DNA from: Azolla caroliniana
Lineage: Eukaryota; Plantae; Polypodiophyta
DNA: 64,000 bases
Assembly: GCA_043228905.1 (NCBI GenBank)
Contig: JBHGNT010000009.1
Coordinates: 2,976,001-3,040,000, forward strand
Reading direction: 5' to 3'
Positions 24,801 through 45,046 of the stretch are shown here, piece after piece (position 1 is the stretch's first letter; each line of letters opens with the position of its first letter). The position numbers were made by a program, and so were the translations under genes. The notes beneath the pieces are model-generated. The model did not search any database and was not told the DNA's origin. It worked only from the letters and a program-made list of their open reading frames with translations.

Positions 24801-27545
24801 GAAAATCCTATTACGAAATCCCTCGAAGTGCAACACACCATGTTGAATATGCTTTGGCATTGTAGAAAAATCAAACTTAATAATTATATTCGTTTAGTTT
24901 GTCGTCTTGTGCGATCCATTGGAAAGAGTAGTGATCGTATAATTTATGGTCTTACGAGGGGCTTGTGTTTTATGATTTTTTTGAAACTCGATTGACATTG
25001 TTTGTCGTTTATGCACTAAGGTCGTAGACAAATTATTGATATAATGACACATGTGTTAAGTTAGTAATATTATTAACATGTAAATATCTCTCTACGTCTT
25101 ATGTTCCTTGATTAATTCATGGCAAATAGTGTACACTATTGGTGTAAAAATATGTGAAGTTAGGGAGCTCGATCTCTAGTTCAAATTTTCTTTACCATTC
25201 CACTCAAATGGCAGTTTCCAAACCTTTGACCACTAGAACAATAAAATTTTTAATCCATTTCATGGTTTACTTCATGTGGTTTCTTTCTTTTGGCCTCTAC
25301 ATGAATTATAGTTCGAAGCCACACCACCTATTATCTTAAACTAAAAGCTAACCTTGTAACCTAGGTTGTATCTCAAGAATACGTAATTGTGTGTCTTGTC
25401 ATTATAGAGGTATACCATAACTTTGCATGGGAAATTTCGTATTTTCCTATACCTTGGATGTGTTTTGGTAAATATCTAGCAAGTCAAGGGCATTTTGGTG
25501 TTTTGCTCTTAACTTATTGCTTAATGCAGGGTGCTAGAAAGCATCTTTAATGTTTCAGCTATTTGTAGTAAAAATATGGTGGCTCCATACTCGCATGTGC
25601 AAATATAGAAGTAGTTATAGATGTAGTCACATATGTGATTACTTGCATCTCGATAAACCAAGAATCAACATTAGATCTAGTTATTTTGTTAGTGTAGTTC
25701 CTTGAATATGTTTACGTACAAATATGTATGCGATTGCCTACATTGCACTACCCCTTGAGTACATTTCACACCAAATTGTGTCACATCGAGTACATTTTTA
25801 ATGTCATGTGAAAGAGTAAAACAATAGCTACGATGACAAAAAATCCAATAAGAATCCAATGAAAGCTACAAGTTATTCAATTAGAACAACGGTATCATCT
25901 TTGCAAAAGAAAGCGTTATTAATGAGCACACTCCATTTTTTTATGTTTTCATTGAAAGAGAGTGAGAGATCATGCATTATACTTGTTTTTTTTTCAAATT
26001 TACAAAGAAGTTAAAACTTAATAATGCAATTTTCTGAAATGATAATCATTAGAAAACTTCAAAGGTCATTATCAAGCCTCATAGGAATTTCCACCTTAGA
26101 GATAAAAGACACAAATAAAAATATTCTAACGAATTTTGGACGACTGTTTTAAATTAAAGATAGGCACATTTAGTTTGATTATTGTATCATGCATGGACAA
26201 ACAATGCCAGAAGAAAGAACATTTGTTGGGGAACTTGCTATTGATATTAGAAACATTGTACTCCAAGGATCGCCAAAAAATATCCAATAGAAATTATTGT
26301 GTGTATATCCTGATGATTCCATGCTCCTCAAAAACTTCCAATCACAATTATCATGCATAGACCCCATTGTTTCCATGCACTCAACACAAAAAAGGAATAT
26401 ACGCAATTGTAGCTCATGCATATAATCTTCTCTTTTGGAATCTATAAATACTCCAAGCAATAATAACACATAATCTATGCAACAACTGAATGCAAGCTAT
26501 GGCAACATGCAATCTACTCTCTCTAAAAATGTAGTACTCCTTTTCATTTAATTTTTTTTGAATGCAAGCAACAATAGCAACACAAATTCTAATTCCAACA
26601 GAAATGAGTAAAAACTATCACAGATATGTAATCACGATATTTTCTTCATCTTTAAATAAATTGAGATAATGAAAGATAAAAAAGGAAATTTTCCTACATA
26701 AGATGGATCGGTTTTTGCAGCAGTATAAACAACCACAAATAATGACATCCATAGAGAAGAAGATGACGAAGACACAATTGATAGAGAAGATTTCATGAAT
26801 GGCTGCAGGAGGTTAGGATAACTCATGAAGTTACGAGAGCATTCTTTCTACGCCTTGGTAGTTTCAACTTCAAATTACAGCTACTCCTGATACCAATTAC
26901 AAACAAACATGGGAAGGAAATGACACCTCAAATATATCAGGAATCATGTAAGAAAACAAAAAATAACTAGATTTCAGGTACAATAGAAACATCAATACCA
27001 TCCATAAAAGTTTATTTTGGTGTGTTAGACCCATGGAAATAAAATGGTTTTTACAATTAGACCTCAGTTTTAAATAAGATCAATTGACATGATTAAACCC
27101 TATAGAAAAGACTGATGAGCACGTCAATGGAGATGGACAAGATTTAAGAGACTTGCAATAATACATTTCCCACATACTATTGTTGTTTCTAATGGATCCA
27201 CCCCTATGTGACCATAGGTTACAGATACACTCTGTTTTGTTACAGTTTTCTTGTGGGGGATTCAACATTTACAGACAGTGGAAAGGTAATGAATGAACAT
27301 ATCAGCGTTCCAATTTTGACACATACATCTTGCCTATTATTGGGGATGCGTCCTTAAAGAAACGTATGTGCATGTAAGGGTCAATTGATGAAAACTTGAT
27401 GTTTACACTTCTAAGGTAGTTAGGATGAGTAAACCACAAGCTATGCTAGAAATGTAGCCACCTTAATCATTAAGGCCAGGCATTATAGATAGCTAGGCCA
27501 AGTGTGTGAAAATAATGGTTAATTCCAACACAATTATTGCATGGC

Positions 27546-34511
<6,966 letters not shown>

Positions 34512-34804
34512 CGTCCTTCCAAACAGCTCAACGAGCCAGATCAAAATTGCCGCTCCTCAAGATGACAGATACTGCACCAATGCCCCGCGAATGCATTGCT
34601 GTCGCAAGAAAACATGAGATTCGTTCTCATCAGTCGAAGGGGGATCTCCGGCACTGATGACTTCGCTACTCCTCCAGTGACTCTTCCGGCGCACTTGTCT
34701 CGTTGACACGAGCACGCTTTCGGTCACTCGGTTGATTGAGAAATCCGAAGAAGGGCATGAAACCTCTGTTAGCGTAAATGAGGGGAGCATGAGGGGGAGA
34801 ACCT

Positions 34805-34837
<33 letters not shown>

Positions 34838-34895
34838 GCTGTAAGTATGCATGCGCGATAGTAATTTGTGTACCACGACGAAGTGCAAAGAGAAT

Positions 34896-34932
34896 CCCTA
34901 ATCCAAACCCTAACCCTAACCCTAACCCTAAC
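34896..34932. repeat. Short (CCCTAA)n telomere-like run containing a telo-box, upstream of katanin
   Basis: ccctaatccaaaccctaaccctaaccctaaccctaac, ~390 bp 5' of the katanin ATG. Confidence 0.7.
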
Positions 34933-35821
34933 AGGGGAATACTAAATGGGTAATTTTTATTTTTGTGTTTTTATTTTTGGGAGGGGGGGAAAGAGGATAA
35001 ATGGAGTGAGTACATATGTAAGTAGAAGGTTACTTGTTTACATTTCACACACATACATTACCTTACCCTACCATACCATTACAACTCATGATCTTACACT
35101 TACAAGCCCTCATGAAAACTCTCTCGCTCACCCCGCAAGAGAGTTCTCGGAGGCGCGGGTGATGACTTTGTCCCATCAGAGTATACATACATATATGTAC
35201 CTGTCGGAAGCGTGCTTTTGCTGCACGTACCCTCCATTTTCCAAGGAAATGTGTGCTTTACGCCCCCATCCCCAACTCATAGCTACGAGAAAAGAAGAAG
35301 CCTTGCGTACATTACAAAAATGGCCCTTCACATTCCCCGAGCAGCTCAATGAAACAATATAATTGTTTATAAGGACATCGCCAATATATAAACAGTTTAC
35401 TATGGGATGGTTTGGTTGGAAACATAATGATTCTGACGATGGGAAGCCCTATTCTTCATATTTTTTGCCCATAAAAACTATTACATACTTGGTGGAATGA
35501 TCCCTACATTCCAACAATTTGAGGTGTCATATAGCAAATAGATTGTTCAAATATAAGCTTCAAGACACCTCATTAGATCAAAAACTTGTGCTAAATGTAA
35601 AAAGTACAACAAAATGGTCTTATTAAAAAACTTGTGTATTTGTATGTACAAAGAATTTATATATGTACAACTTTGATGTATAATAAAGAATTTGGTCATT
35701 TTGCTTTGGAATCCCTACATACTAATGTGTGTTAGGGAATTAGTGAAATTTGGATTCTTTAGTGATGAAGTATGAGTTTGGGGAATGATTGTAGGAAATG
35801 AAGATGAGTCGTGGATACAAG

Positions 35822-38800
35822 TTAGATGTATGGTTGGTCTTGTAACCGAAGTTTCCTTATAGCCATTGCGAGGAGGTCCTCCATGGTGGAGGGGTGCAAT
35901 GAAAGGCCAACTTGACCAGAGAAGGTGACGAAGTTCTCGAGGTCGGAGGTGGATGCGGAGACACAACGAAGGCACGAACGGAACGCATGTGTCTGGAAGA
36001 GCGAGACAAATGCATCGTCCACCTCTGCCAATGATATGGCTAGCTCCACACAAAAGCGGCGTAGTCTAGGGAGCTTAATGATGGAGGATCCCCCATGGCT
36101 TTGCAACATTTTGACCAACACTTTCACTAGCTCTTCCTTGTTGGTACCCGCGTTGTCCAATGTCTCCTCGAGTACCGTAGATGGCGATGTTAGCGTGGTC
36201 AAGCAGGAGTTCTTGAGCATGAGAATGGTCTTTGCAGCTAGGCCGATGGCTGCCTCCTTTATCCTCTCCCCTACAGTTTGGTCGATCACGAGTTTCAACA
36301 TCTGTGGAGGAGAACACACGAGAAGCACATGTTATAGCATGGAAACTAGTGGTGTGTGGAAGGAATGAGGCCACCACTACACAATGATGCTCATACTTTT
36401 GTAATACTAAATAATGCCAAGCATCATTTTCGTGAGCGTGTTCAATTTGACATTCTTGTCTAAGGAAATTCTTAGTTTAATCATTTTGATTGGGTCCCCC
36501 TTCCCTTTCCCTTCCCAATCTCTTCTTTATCAATCTTGGACTTAATAAATGGCAATGAATTTTTTGGGGAAAAAAATAAAATAATGACAATGATTGGCAC
36601 TTAATTAATGACAGTGATTAAAGGGGGGGGAGGGCATAATTCAAGTATACAGTACCTGAGGCGTGATCGATTGCGCAATTTGCATCCTGTATTCGTCAGA
36701 GAATTCGCATTTATCCTTACCCTCGCAGAAGTTGCGCAAGATGAAGAGCGCGTGCTGTCCCCGAGGGTCTAATTTGTAATTGCCGATCCCGTAGATCAAG
36801 GCGTCCAGTATGCTATAGCGATACTTAGGATTGGTCGCCTCGCTGTCGTTAGCCGAGAGATTCGTCGAAGATCTCTTTCTTAATCTGATATTAAAACTTG
36901 TTAATTGACGCTCTCCAATAATATCTTGTGGCCTAATGCGGAGCATTCTCGCGCAATTCCTCGATGGAGTGTTGTCGAATCTCGGCAGAGAAAGCAAGGA
37001 CAGAGCCTTTCCGGCCACCGTAGCGATCCTCAGTCTTAATTTGTGAATATGGGGTTTAAGTCTATAATCCATGGGATCGTGAGTTATGGCTATGGCAGAA
37101 GAAGATGATACATTTGCAGGTGGATCTGTGGTGGTGCCGCCACCGCCACCGTCGAGATCGATGAAGAATAACGCGAAAAGGGTGTGCATAATGCCGCCTG
37201 TCCTCCCGATGACGTCTCGCACCTCCTCGTCCATGGAGAGGTTCGAGAGCGTGTCAACCGCAAGGAACTTGAGCTTCAAAAGGTCGGCATACTCTCCTTC
37301 CGACATCCCATTTAGCGACTCGCATGATGTCTGGTTGATGGTCCCGGTGGCAGTGTCGATTTGGAGCAGCTTTTCGTTGAGAATGTCTCTGAGATGGGCT
37401 ATGGACATCACAACCTTGGATATGTCTTGGCGCAGAGTCCTCCCTGCGAGGCCGTTGCAGGCAGTCAGGTCATTGATGAGCTGCAACGACAGCCCTAACA
37501 CAATATTGTAGCCGTCTTTCGACTTGGAGTTGGAAATGTCTGTAAACGAAACTATTTTACTCAGGAGGCCGCGAGTCGCACCGATCTGAGCGCATACCAT
37601 CTCGTTCTTGTATGCTAGCTTGATCAAGATCCGAAGCCCTAATTGCACACGCAGATCGCTAGGATGATGCAGTGTGGAATTGTGGGGGAGAATGGCGATA
37701 TGATCAGAGCTTGGGTCCATCCACTGGGTCCAGGAAATCTTGGCCCCCAATTCCCCAGGTCTTGATGGTAATTCCATATCTACCAGGTCAGCATGGGTCT
37801 CTTGGGCAGCTAGCAATCCGGAGATAGCTTCCATTGATCCTGATATGGCACCAACCCGAATGCCCGCGACATTATTATCCACGAGCTTCGACAGGAGCAT
37901 GGCTGCCCAATCTCGGATGACACGATGTTCCTCGTTCTTCCATGTCAGCATGTCTAATAGCCTCTCGACTGCACCCTGGCTCGAAGTCGAGATGGCACGA
38001 AGTGTAAACTGCCGGTATTGGTAGAGGTGGGCAGTTTCGAAGGTAGGGTGGTTGGTTGGCGATGCCATGGCGTAGAGCGCCTTGAGCCCGAGGAGGTGCT
38101 CACGATGAGCCTCGGGACCATTGGATTGGAGCCATTCGATGGCGTAATTGACGAGGTTCATCTTCAGGCCTTGGAAGACGCTGTCGGTGAGGCAGGTGGA
38201 GTAGACATCGTAGAAGAAGCGGCGCACGGTGTGGCCCTCGGGGTCGTGGGGGAGGAGGCCGCAGCACGCGTTGGTGGACTTGAGGATCTTGCGCACCGAG
38301 ATGTGGTACTGCCAGTAGGCGCGGCCGGAGAGGAAGATGGCGGCCTCGGTGAGAGTGAGGGAGTAGAAGATGAAGAGGGAGGAGCGGTGGGTGTGCTCCC
38401 GGTCGGGTTGGTCGGCTGTGAGGTAGTCGTGGAGGACGAGGCGCCAGATGGAGAGCGCGATGCAGACGAGGGCCGAAGCGATCTGGAGCCAGTAGAGGAA
38501 GAGGCTGATCCGGCGAGCCTGGAAGAGCCACTGCCAGAGAGATGGGAAGGAGGATGGGGCGCATCGGCGGCGCTTGATAGTAATCGGGGCCGTGCCATTT
38601 TGGCGCTCGAGGTCCGGGATCTTGTCACGGTGGTGGTGGAGGCGCGGGCTGACGAGGGTGGAGAAGGCGCGGCCAATGGAGTGGCAGGCCTCCGTGATGA
38701 GGATGGCCGGGGAGGAGGAGCCGCCGGTGTATTGGTGCTGCAGCTCCAGCTCGTGGGACCTGCTGAAGATGCGGAAGCCCTCGGTGACGAGGATGATGGT

Positions 38801-39268
38801 GACGATCCAGAAGTCCTCGCGCTTCATGGAGGTGGCGTAGCCGCCCAGGAGGACAACGGTGGCCCACAGGAAGCTGAGCGCGCCGATGTTGGAGGCGGTC
38901 TTCTCCAGGACGGCCACGCGCATGGCCAGCATGATGAGCCGGCGCTCCGGCGGCGGGGGTCTGGAGCCGGGGTCCAAGCCATGGAAACGCGGATTGGCGG
39001 CGGCGGGTGGGGGCGGCCGGATCTTGAGGTCACGTGCGGCGGCGGCGGCGGCGGCGGAGGAGGAGGGGTAGTCGAGCATTGCAGGAGTCTGAGGAAGGCT
39101 TCGGTTGCTGGCGGCGCCGCCACTGGATTGGGTGGAGAGGAAGGGGGAGGGGCTGAAGTGATCACTGCACGAGGAGGAGGCGGAGTAGTCTCCGCCGCCG
39201 CCGATAGTAGGCGCCGCCTCCAAATTCCGCACGTGGATGGAAAGGCGATTGCTCTCGCTACTCCCCAT
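35822..39268 (-). CDS. Plant membrane-anchored ARM-repeat superfamily protein (At5g18980/At3g06210-like), ~1030 aa, 2 exons
   Basis: Exons 36656-39268 and 35822-36301 (CAG|gtactg ... ccacag|ATG, phase 0). Family motifs AVLEKTAS..WATVVLLGG, DFWIVTIILVTEGFRIFSRSHELE, RRFFYDVYS, LLDMLTWK, PRLRRFCVELAI and LENFVTFSGQVGL. The start is taken at MGSSES because the upstream in-frame ORF is low-complexity. Confidence 0.88.
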
Positions 39269-39997
39269 TCTGTACTTTTGGTTTCCTTGCCCAGAAATGT
39301 ATTCTGTTCTTTCCCTTCTGCAGGCTCGGCCTGCTTTGTGTGTATGATGGTATTTGGGTATAATGCTATGGGATGTATATGATGATGGTATTTGATGTAA
39401 AGAAGAAGAAGAAGAAGGTGTGTGATGAAATGAAATTATGGGATGTATGATGGTATTTGATATAAAGAAGAAGGTGTGCGATGAAATGAAATGAAAAGGA
39501 AAGGCAAAAGGTGAGTTGGGGAGGATGGTATTTATACTAGTAAGAAGAAAGAAAGAAACATAGGTTTCTGGCTCCATAGTGTGTGTCATGTGCCTCCCCC
39601 CATACTCTTTGTGGAGCCCACACAGATTCTCCTCGGACATACAGAAGAAGAATATGCTGCCGTATCTGGGCTTCCCCAGGGTTCTCATTTATCAACTAAC
39701 TAGCTAAATTACCTTGTGGGCCTAAGGAAGACTCGGCACCTCCACGTAACTACTCAAGTGTCCCCCGCCCTCACTCCACCTCGGGATAGAATTACACGGA
39801 GAAAGCCTATATATATATATATATATGACGAGATCGAAAGGCATTCTTATGTGGAATTTCTGGATGTTAAAGCACTTGGGGGATCATTTTCCTCCAAGGA
39901 TGTCCCTCTCCTTATCATATCATATGGGTGTCTAGAGGGGACTAAGAAGTTCTAAGAAGTGGATTTTACATACAATTAATATAATTGTGTTCTTTTA

Positions 39998-40001
<4 letters not shown>

Positions 40002-40048
<47 letters not shown>

Positions 40049-40128
40049 TATAGCAAGCGAGGGTTAGTATTATCATCTTGTTTTAATAAGAAACATAGAT
40101 TTACTAAAAAATAAAAATAAAGAAATAG

Positions 40129-40175
<47 letters not shown>
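40002..40175. repeat. Two (AG)n microsatellites
   Basis: (AG) runs at ~40002-40043 and ~40132-40175. Confidence 0.95.
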
Positions 40176-40177
<2 letters not shown>

Positions 40178-40319
40178 AACTAACATAACAACTTAACAAG
40201 GTGCTTGTTGAAAGCAGTTAGAAAAATTGCCAAAAATGATTATTCCTTCCATGTACCTTTATTTTACTTTGGATATCGATAGATTTCTTCGATTCTCAAA
40301 AGGCAATTTTGGCCTCTTA

Positions 40320-40490
40320 GTAGACATTTTCTTACTTTCTTTCTCCTCTCGTCTTCTTTCCAGGTACTCAAGACATGGTAGACATTTTCTTACTTTTTTT
40401 CTCCTCTTGCCTTCTTTCAAGTTCCACAAGACATGGTAGACATTTTCTTACTTTCTTTCTCGTCTCGTCTTCTTTCAAGGTTCATAACAC
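40320..40490. repeat. ~58-bp tandem repeat, 3 copies
   Basis: gtagacattttcttacttt...tcttctttc...aagacatg repeated three times. Confidence 0.85.
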
Positions 40491-41877
40491 ATAACTGTCT
40501 AAACATTTATGTCCCTATGTAGTCCACCCCCCCCCCCCCCCCCCCAAAAATTCTCTTTCTTGAATAGTTAATATAACAAATTACTCAGATTTGAGAGGTC
40601 TCTTGTGATAGGGTGTACCCCCATCCTATTTATTTTTGCCAAACGTGAATGCCAATGTGCATAGACTCTTGTTGATGTAGATATTTCATTCAATTATTAT
40701 GAAGTATGAATGTTAATCACCATTTATTTATGATGCAATTAGGGCTACCTTATTGGTAACCCAAATTTTTCTAAATGCACGCGCATTCAAATCTCAAATA
40801 TATGTGCTAATTTGCGCACCATATAGTGTTTTCCTAGATACCATATCAAAACAATGCAAACCTACTACATTATTGATCTCCCCTTATCGTTTCACATGGA
40901 ATTTCTTTTTTGTGAGATTTATATAAGGGAATGGTGATGGTTGTGATCGCCCAATGTGTTTATCAAGGTTGGTCACAATGTCATGGTGATATTCGCCAAT
41001 CAATATATGACTATGATAGAGGCATGCCAAAGAACATTTGAAGTTGCACGTGTCTTTGAGCTCAATTCTAATGAGAAGCAAAATGTGGAGTGCATGGTTG
41101 TTGTAATCCCAGGACCCACAATCGAGTATCAAACAACAACCACCATTGCATTTTAAGCATACCCCAGCACGTTTGATGATTTCATGACATTGGTGAAAGC
41201 ATTTTTCAAATCTCAAATCTAAACTTGGAGGAAAGTATAAGATTTGTTATTGTTTAATGTAAATATTAGTTTGGGCATTGGGATTTTTAAACTTAAACAT
41301 GACATCAAAATTTATGCAGTTTGAACGATTGTTAAAAGGTGAATTATATGTAGTGTTTTTTGGGAAATATTCTTGTTCAAAATGGTATTTCATTGGAGTT
41401 TAGTTGGCTCTGAACTAATGTTGAGTGCTCAAATTTCCATGCTAGGTTCTGGTATTTCAAAACTATTGTAGCCTTATAATGACCGGTAAAATATCATAAA
41501 TGACTTGCACATATGGTGTAATATTGATTATACCTTTAGTAAAACATTTTCGTCATGCCAAACTCTAGAAAGCAAAAGGGACATGTTCAATATAATGGAA
41601 AAGCATAAACGTGAATAATGCGAGCTATATATATATATATATTTTAAGAACACGAAAACTCATCATGTTGTTTGACAGATGTTAGTTTTTTATATTATGA
41701 AGAACACTAGAGTCATATATTGGCACGCCTATGATATATATGGGGCATTTATCCCTAGAATAATCATAAGGTATTTGAGTAAGAGCTTACCCATACATAT
41801 TGGATGGCCCAAAGAAAAAGAACACCCTCACCAATACGTGACACATATATATAGCAAAGAAAAAGAACACCCACACC

Positions 41878-42463
41878 CATAAGTTGACACATATATTCGC
41901 TATGCGTGATATTCGAGAATACAAAATGGCCCCAAGAATATCATATAACCATTCGTTTTTCAAAATAAATTTACATAATACAAATGATTTAATTCACTAA
42001 AAAAAGAATTAATATACTAATAATTAATTAATTCATTAAAAATTGAAAATGAATTATGTCACTGATAATTTAATTAATTCACTAAAACTTAAATAATCAG
42101 GATTTCAGCTAAAATTAGGGTTTCTGCAAAACCCTGAGTTTTCAGTCCGAGAATATCTCTACATCCATCGCGCAGAGGATGTGGAGGGAGGCGAGGATGT
42201 AGGCTGAGAAGAGAACATATGGCCGAAATTAGGGTTTCGATTGAATTGTAGGTTTCAGTCGAAACCCTAATTTTCAAACCGAGAATAGGATACAGGGGAG
42301 ACGAGGATGTAGGGGTCATGCACAGGACGCAGGGGGAGGCGAGGATGCAGTGAAAAAACAAAATCAATATTTTTTTCCCCCAAAAAAATAACAAAAATAC
42401 GAATACTTTTAGAAGCATGCGTATGCGATGCATTCATGACGAATGCGAATATGTCAGTCTATG
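41878..42463. mobile_element. 586-bp non-autonomous hAT-type element (CATA...TATG)
   Basis: Imperfect TIRs cataagttgacacatatattcgc / gcgaatatgtcagtctatg. 8-bp TSD cccacacc / cccacact (7/8). Internal ttagggttt / aaaccct motifs. Confidence 0.65.
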
Positions 42464-42932
42464 CCCACACTACTATTTATTGAGTTTGTGATGCATCTGT
42501 TTCACACTTTCGATTAATCATTCAAGACTAATAATTCTACAACTTAAGTGGTTTTGGTCACGGAGAAGTGGAAATCATGATTTGAAACCCATTAATTTTG
42601 TGCACGAGAACCACATGGCTAACTTGAGCGAATGATTTCCTTGCCTCTAATTTATGTAGGAACATATTTTTAGAAAATGAGATATGATAATGTATTCACA
42701 AGGAATGGATATTAATCATTGGGAGATCTAGTCAAAAGGATAATAAGTTTTTTGTAATGAGACTCTTCCAAGGGATGGATTCAGCACAGTGCAATGAAAA
42801 TATAACATTATATTCATCATAGTTGCTTTAAAGTCATAGAATGTTTTGTCATTTGTGAGATGTCTTTTTCATTTGGTCGATAGATAAACAATTAAGTCAG
42901 CTCTTGTGGAGCTTTCCCCTCAATATTCTGCA

Positions 42933-43845
42933 ATGAAAGTAATAACATGGAATATTCAAGGAGTGGGAGTGCAGATTGCCCTAAAAGAGGGAAGAGAACT
43001 CCCAACGACACTGAATGCATTAATGGGTGTGGTGTGAAAGCGGATTTTGTGCTTATCCAAGAACATCACCTCAACAAAATGTGATTAATAAGATTTGAGG
43101 AAATGCAATGAAATGAATGGTTGTGCTATGTCTTAGAAGCCTATGGTGAAAATGGAATTAAAGGTGTGGTTGCCATTCTAAAGTTACAACAAAATAGCCA
43201 TTTCCCCCTTAGAATGGGGTGAAATTGTGCAAGGAAGAGTAGTCTCTGTTGTAATACAAACAAGTGAAAGGCATGTGGGGTTATTGAATATCTATGCGCC
43301 AAATAGACAAACTGAAAGAAGCTAACTCTGGATTGCTTTGATGCATAATATACCACATGTTTATGATTGGCTCGTGGCAGGAGACTTCAATATGCTAGAA
43401 TCACAGTTGGACACCTCAGGGAATTCGAATGCATCGGTAATCAAAGGGCAAGAGCTACACGCTTGGAGCGATCTCACATGGAAAATGCAGATAGGAGATA
43501 TGTAGTAGTCAAGTCAATTTTGTTGAATTGCAAACTCCTTAAAAGTACCCAAGAGATGGTAGGGGCACATTGAACATTCCCACACAAGACCAGACAAACC
43601 TAGAAATGCAAGGGGGGATTTTAGGAATTATCTCGGGTTCCGTTTTCTTAGATCACAAACCCATGCAAATTGTCTTCTCCCATAGCAACATGCATCGTAA
43701 ACGAGGTATTTTAAGGATTCCCAATAAAATCTTGAAAAATGAGGCTATTGAGCAGCTAATTATTGACATATGGTTAGAAGAAAAGGCCTTTGATAGGGTC
43801 AATTGGTTGTTCCTAGATAAAATATTGAAAAAACTGGAATTCCTA
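42933..43845 (+). mobile_element. Degraded, internally deleted L1-type LINE ORF2
   Basis: APE endonuclease motifs in order (MKVITWNIQG, DFVLIQEHHL, LNIYAPN, WLVAGDFNM, DHKP), then a direct jump to the RT motif EKAFDRVNWLFL. Frameshifts and stops throughout. Confidence 0.8.
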
Positions 43846-44120
43846 GATAGGGGAAGTTACTTGGACGACCACAAGGGGTGTGTCGAAGATGGTCTTGATG
43901 TCCGGGACCTCGTAGACCAGCTTGCCGAGCCTGTCAGGTTTGGGCATGGTTAGGTCACCGAGGTCAGAGACGGGGCCGGTGGCTTCGGCGTCCACGAAGG
44001 GCACACCCTGGCCATAGCATTGCACGATGAGCTTCCCTTGGGCGTTGGTCCCGAGCCTGCCGGCGAGCGGGTAGTGGTGGTTGAGCACCTTGGCCAGTGA
44101 CTCTCTGATGATGAGGCTCG

Positions 44121-45030
44121 TGATGGGGATATGGAGCGGAATCGGGATGATTCGTAATACCAACTCAAGAATCAAAATAAACAGCACCACAACACAAAAA
44201 GAGAGTACACCAAATTTTAACGTGGAAAACCCAAAAATTGGGAAAAACCACGGCAACCTTAGGTTCCAAAACAAATTCACTAATTTCTGAGTGTACAAGG
44301 CGTATATAGCCTCAAGAGTTTACTCTAGAGATATGCACTTATATTTCAAGGCTACCGCCTTGGATACAATGTTCACCCTACCAAATAAGATAAACAACCA
44401 AAAGAAAAACCCAAAAGAAACACAAACAAGTAAAAACCTGTTACGAGTAAACGGAAGAGTTGCTGTGGTCCAAACAACACCTCACTAGATCTCCGTCTTT
44501 ACACTTGCAACGAGTTCTCGTTCTCGATCACCTTGTTCTCGAGCTCTCACACTTGTTCACTTTTGATTTCTTGTGTCTTCTTACACACCTCTTTTTATCG
44601 AATCTCTGTTTTCAGCCTCTTAGATATGTTTTCTTATGCACTTCGTTTTTCTCTATCTTTCTCTGTCTTTCTCGAAGACTTCCCTCTCAGTTTTCTGTTT
44701 TTACTCTCTGTTTTTTCACTCACAAAATCAGATTGTATCACACTTGTATATTCTCTGTTTTTTTCTGCACTCTCTTTCGTTGTCACAGTTTTTACGTCTG
44801 CCCCTCTTCCCTCAGCCTTGTAGGGCAACGTCCTTTTTCGAATATGTTTTCACACCTGAACAAAACAAAACAAAAAAAGACACACGCCCAAAAACATACA
44901 AAAAAGAAAGAGAGGAAACATACATACATACATATATATATATTTAAATGTAACTAATTAGTTTTAAGTTGTATTCGGCGTTTAGCCGACTTAACATTGT
45001 GGGCTCCACTTGAGTGGACAGGCCCCAACA
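44121..45030 (-). repeat. Copia 3' LTR (910 bp)
   Basis: Direct repeat of 49081-50004. Confidence 0.95.
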
Positions 45031-45046
45031 ATTCTCCCCCTCCATC

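Noticed and set aside
38018-39382. 454-aa antisense ORF in the ARM gene
   Set aside because: Typical stop-free antisense frame of a high-GC3 exon.
39269-39688. 140-codon in-frame extension upstream of the ARM gene ATG
   Set aside because: Low-complexity, UTR/promoter-like sequence with a TATA-like motif near 39530; family similarity starts downstream.
40880-41230. Possible hAT transposase remnant (LQQPCTPHFAS-like, minus strand)
   Set aside because: A single degenerate motif with stops; cannot be supported without a profile search.
43843-44298. 151-aa ORF fusing a hydrophobic LTR-derived N-terminus to BAHD sequence
   Set aside because: Does not appear to start at ATG and is a chance read-through from the Copia 3' LTR; the product lacks the catalytic motifs and there is no evidence of expression.
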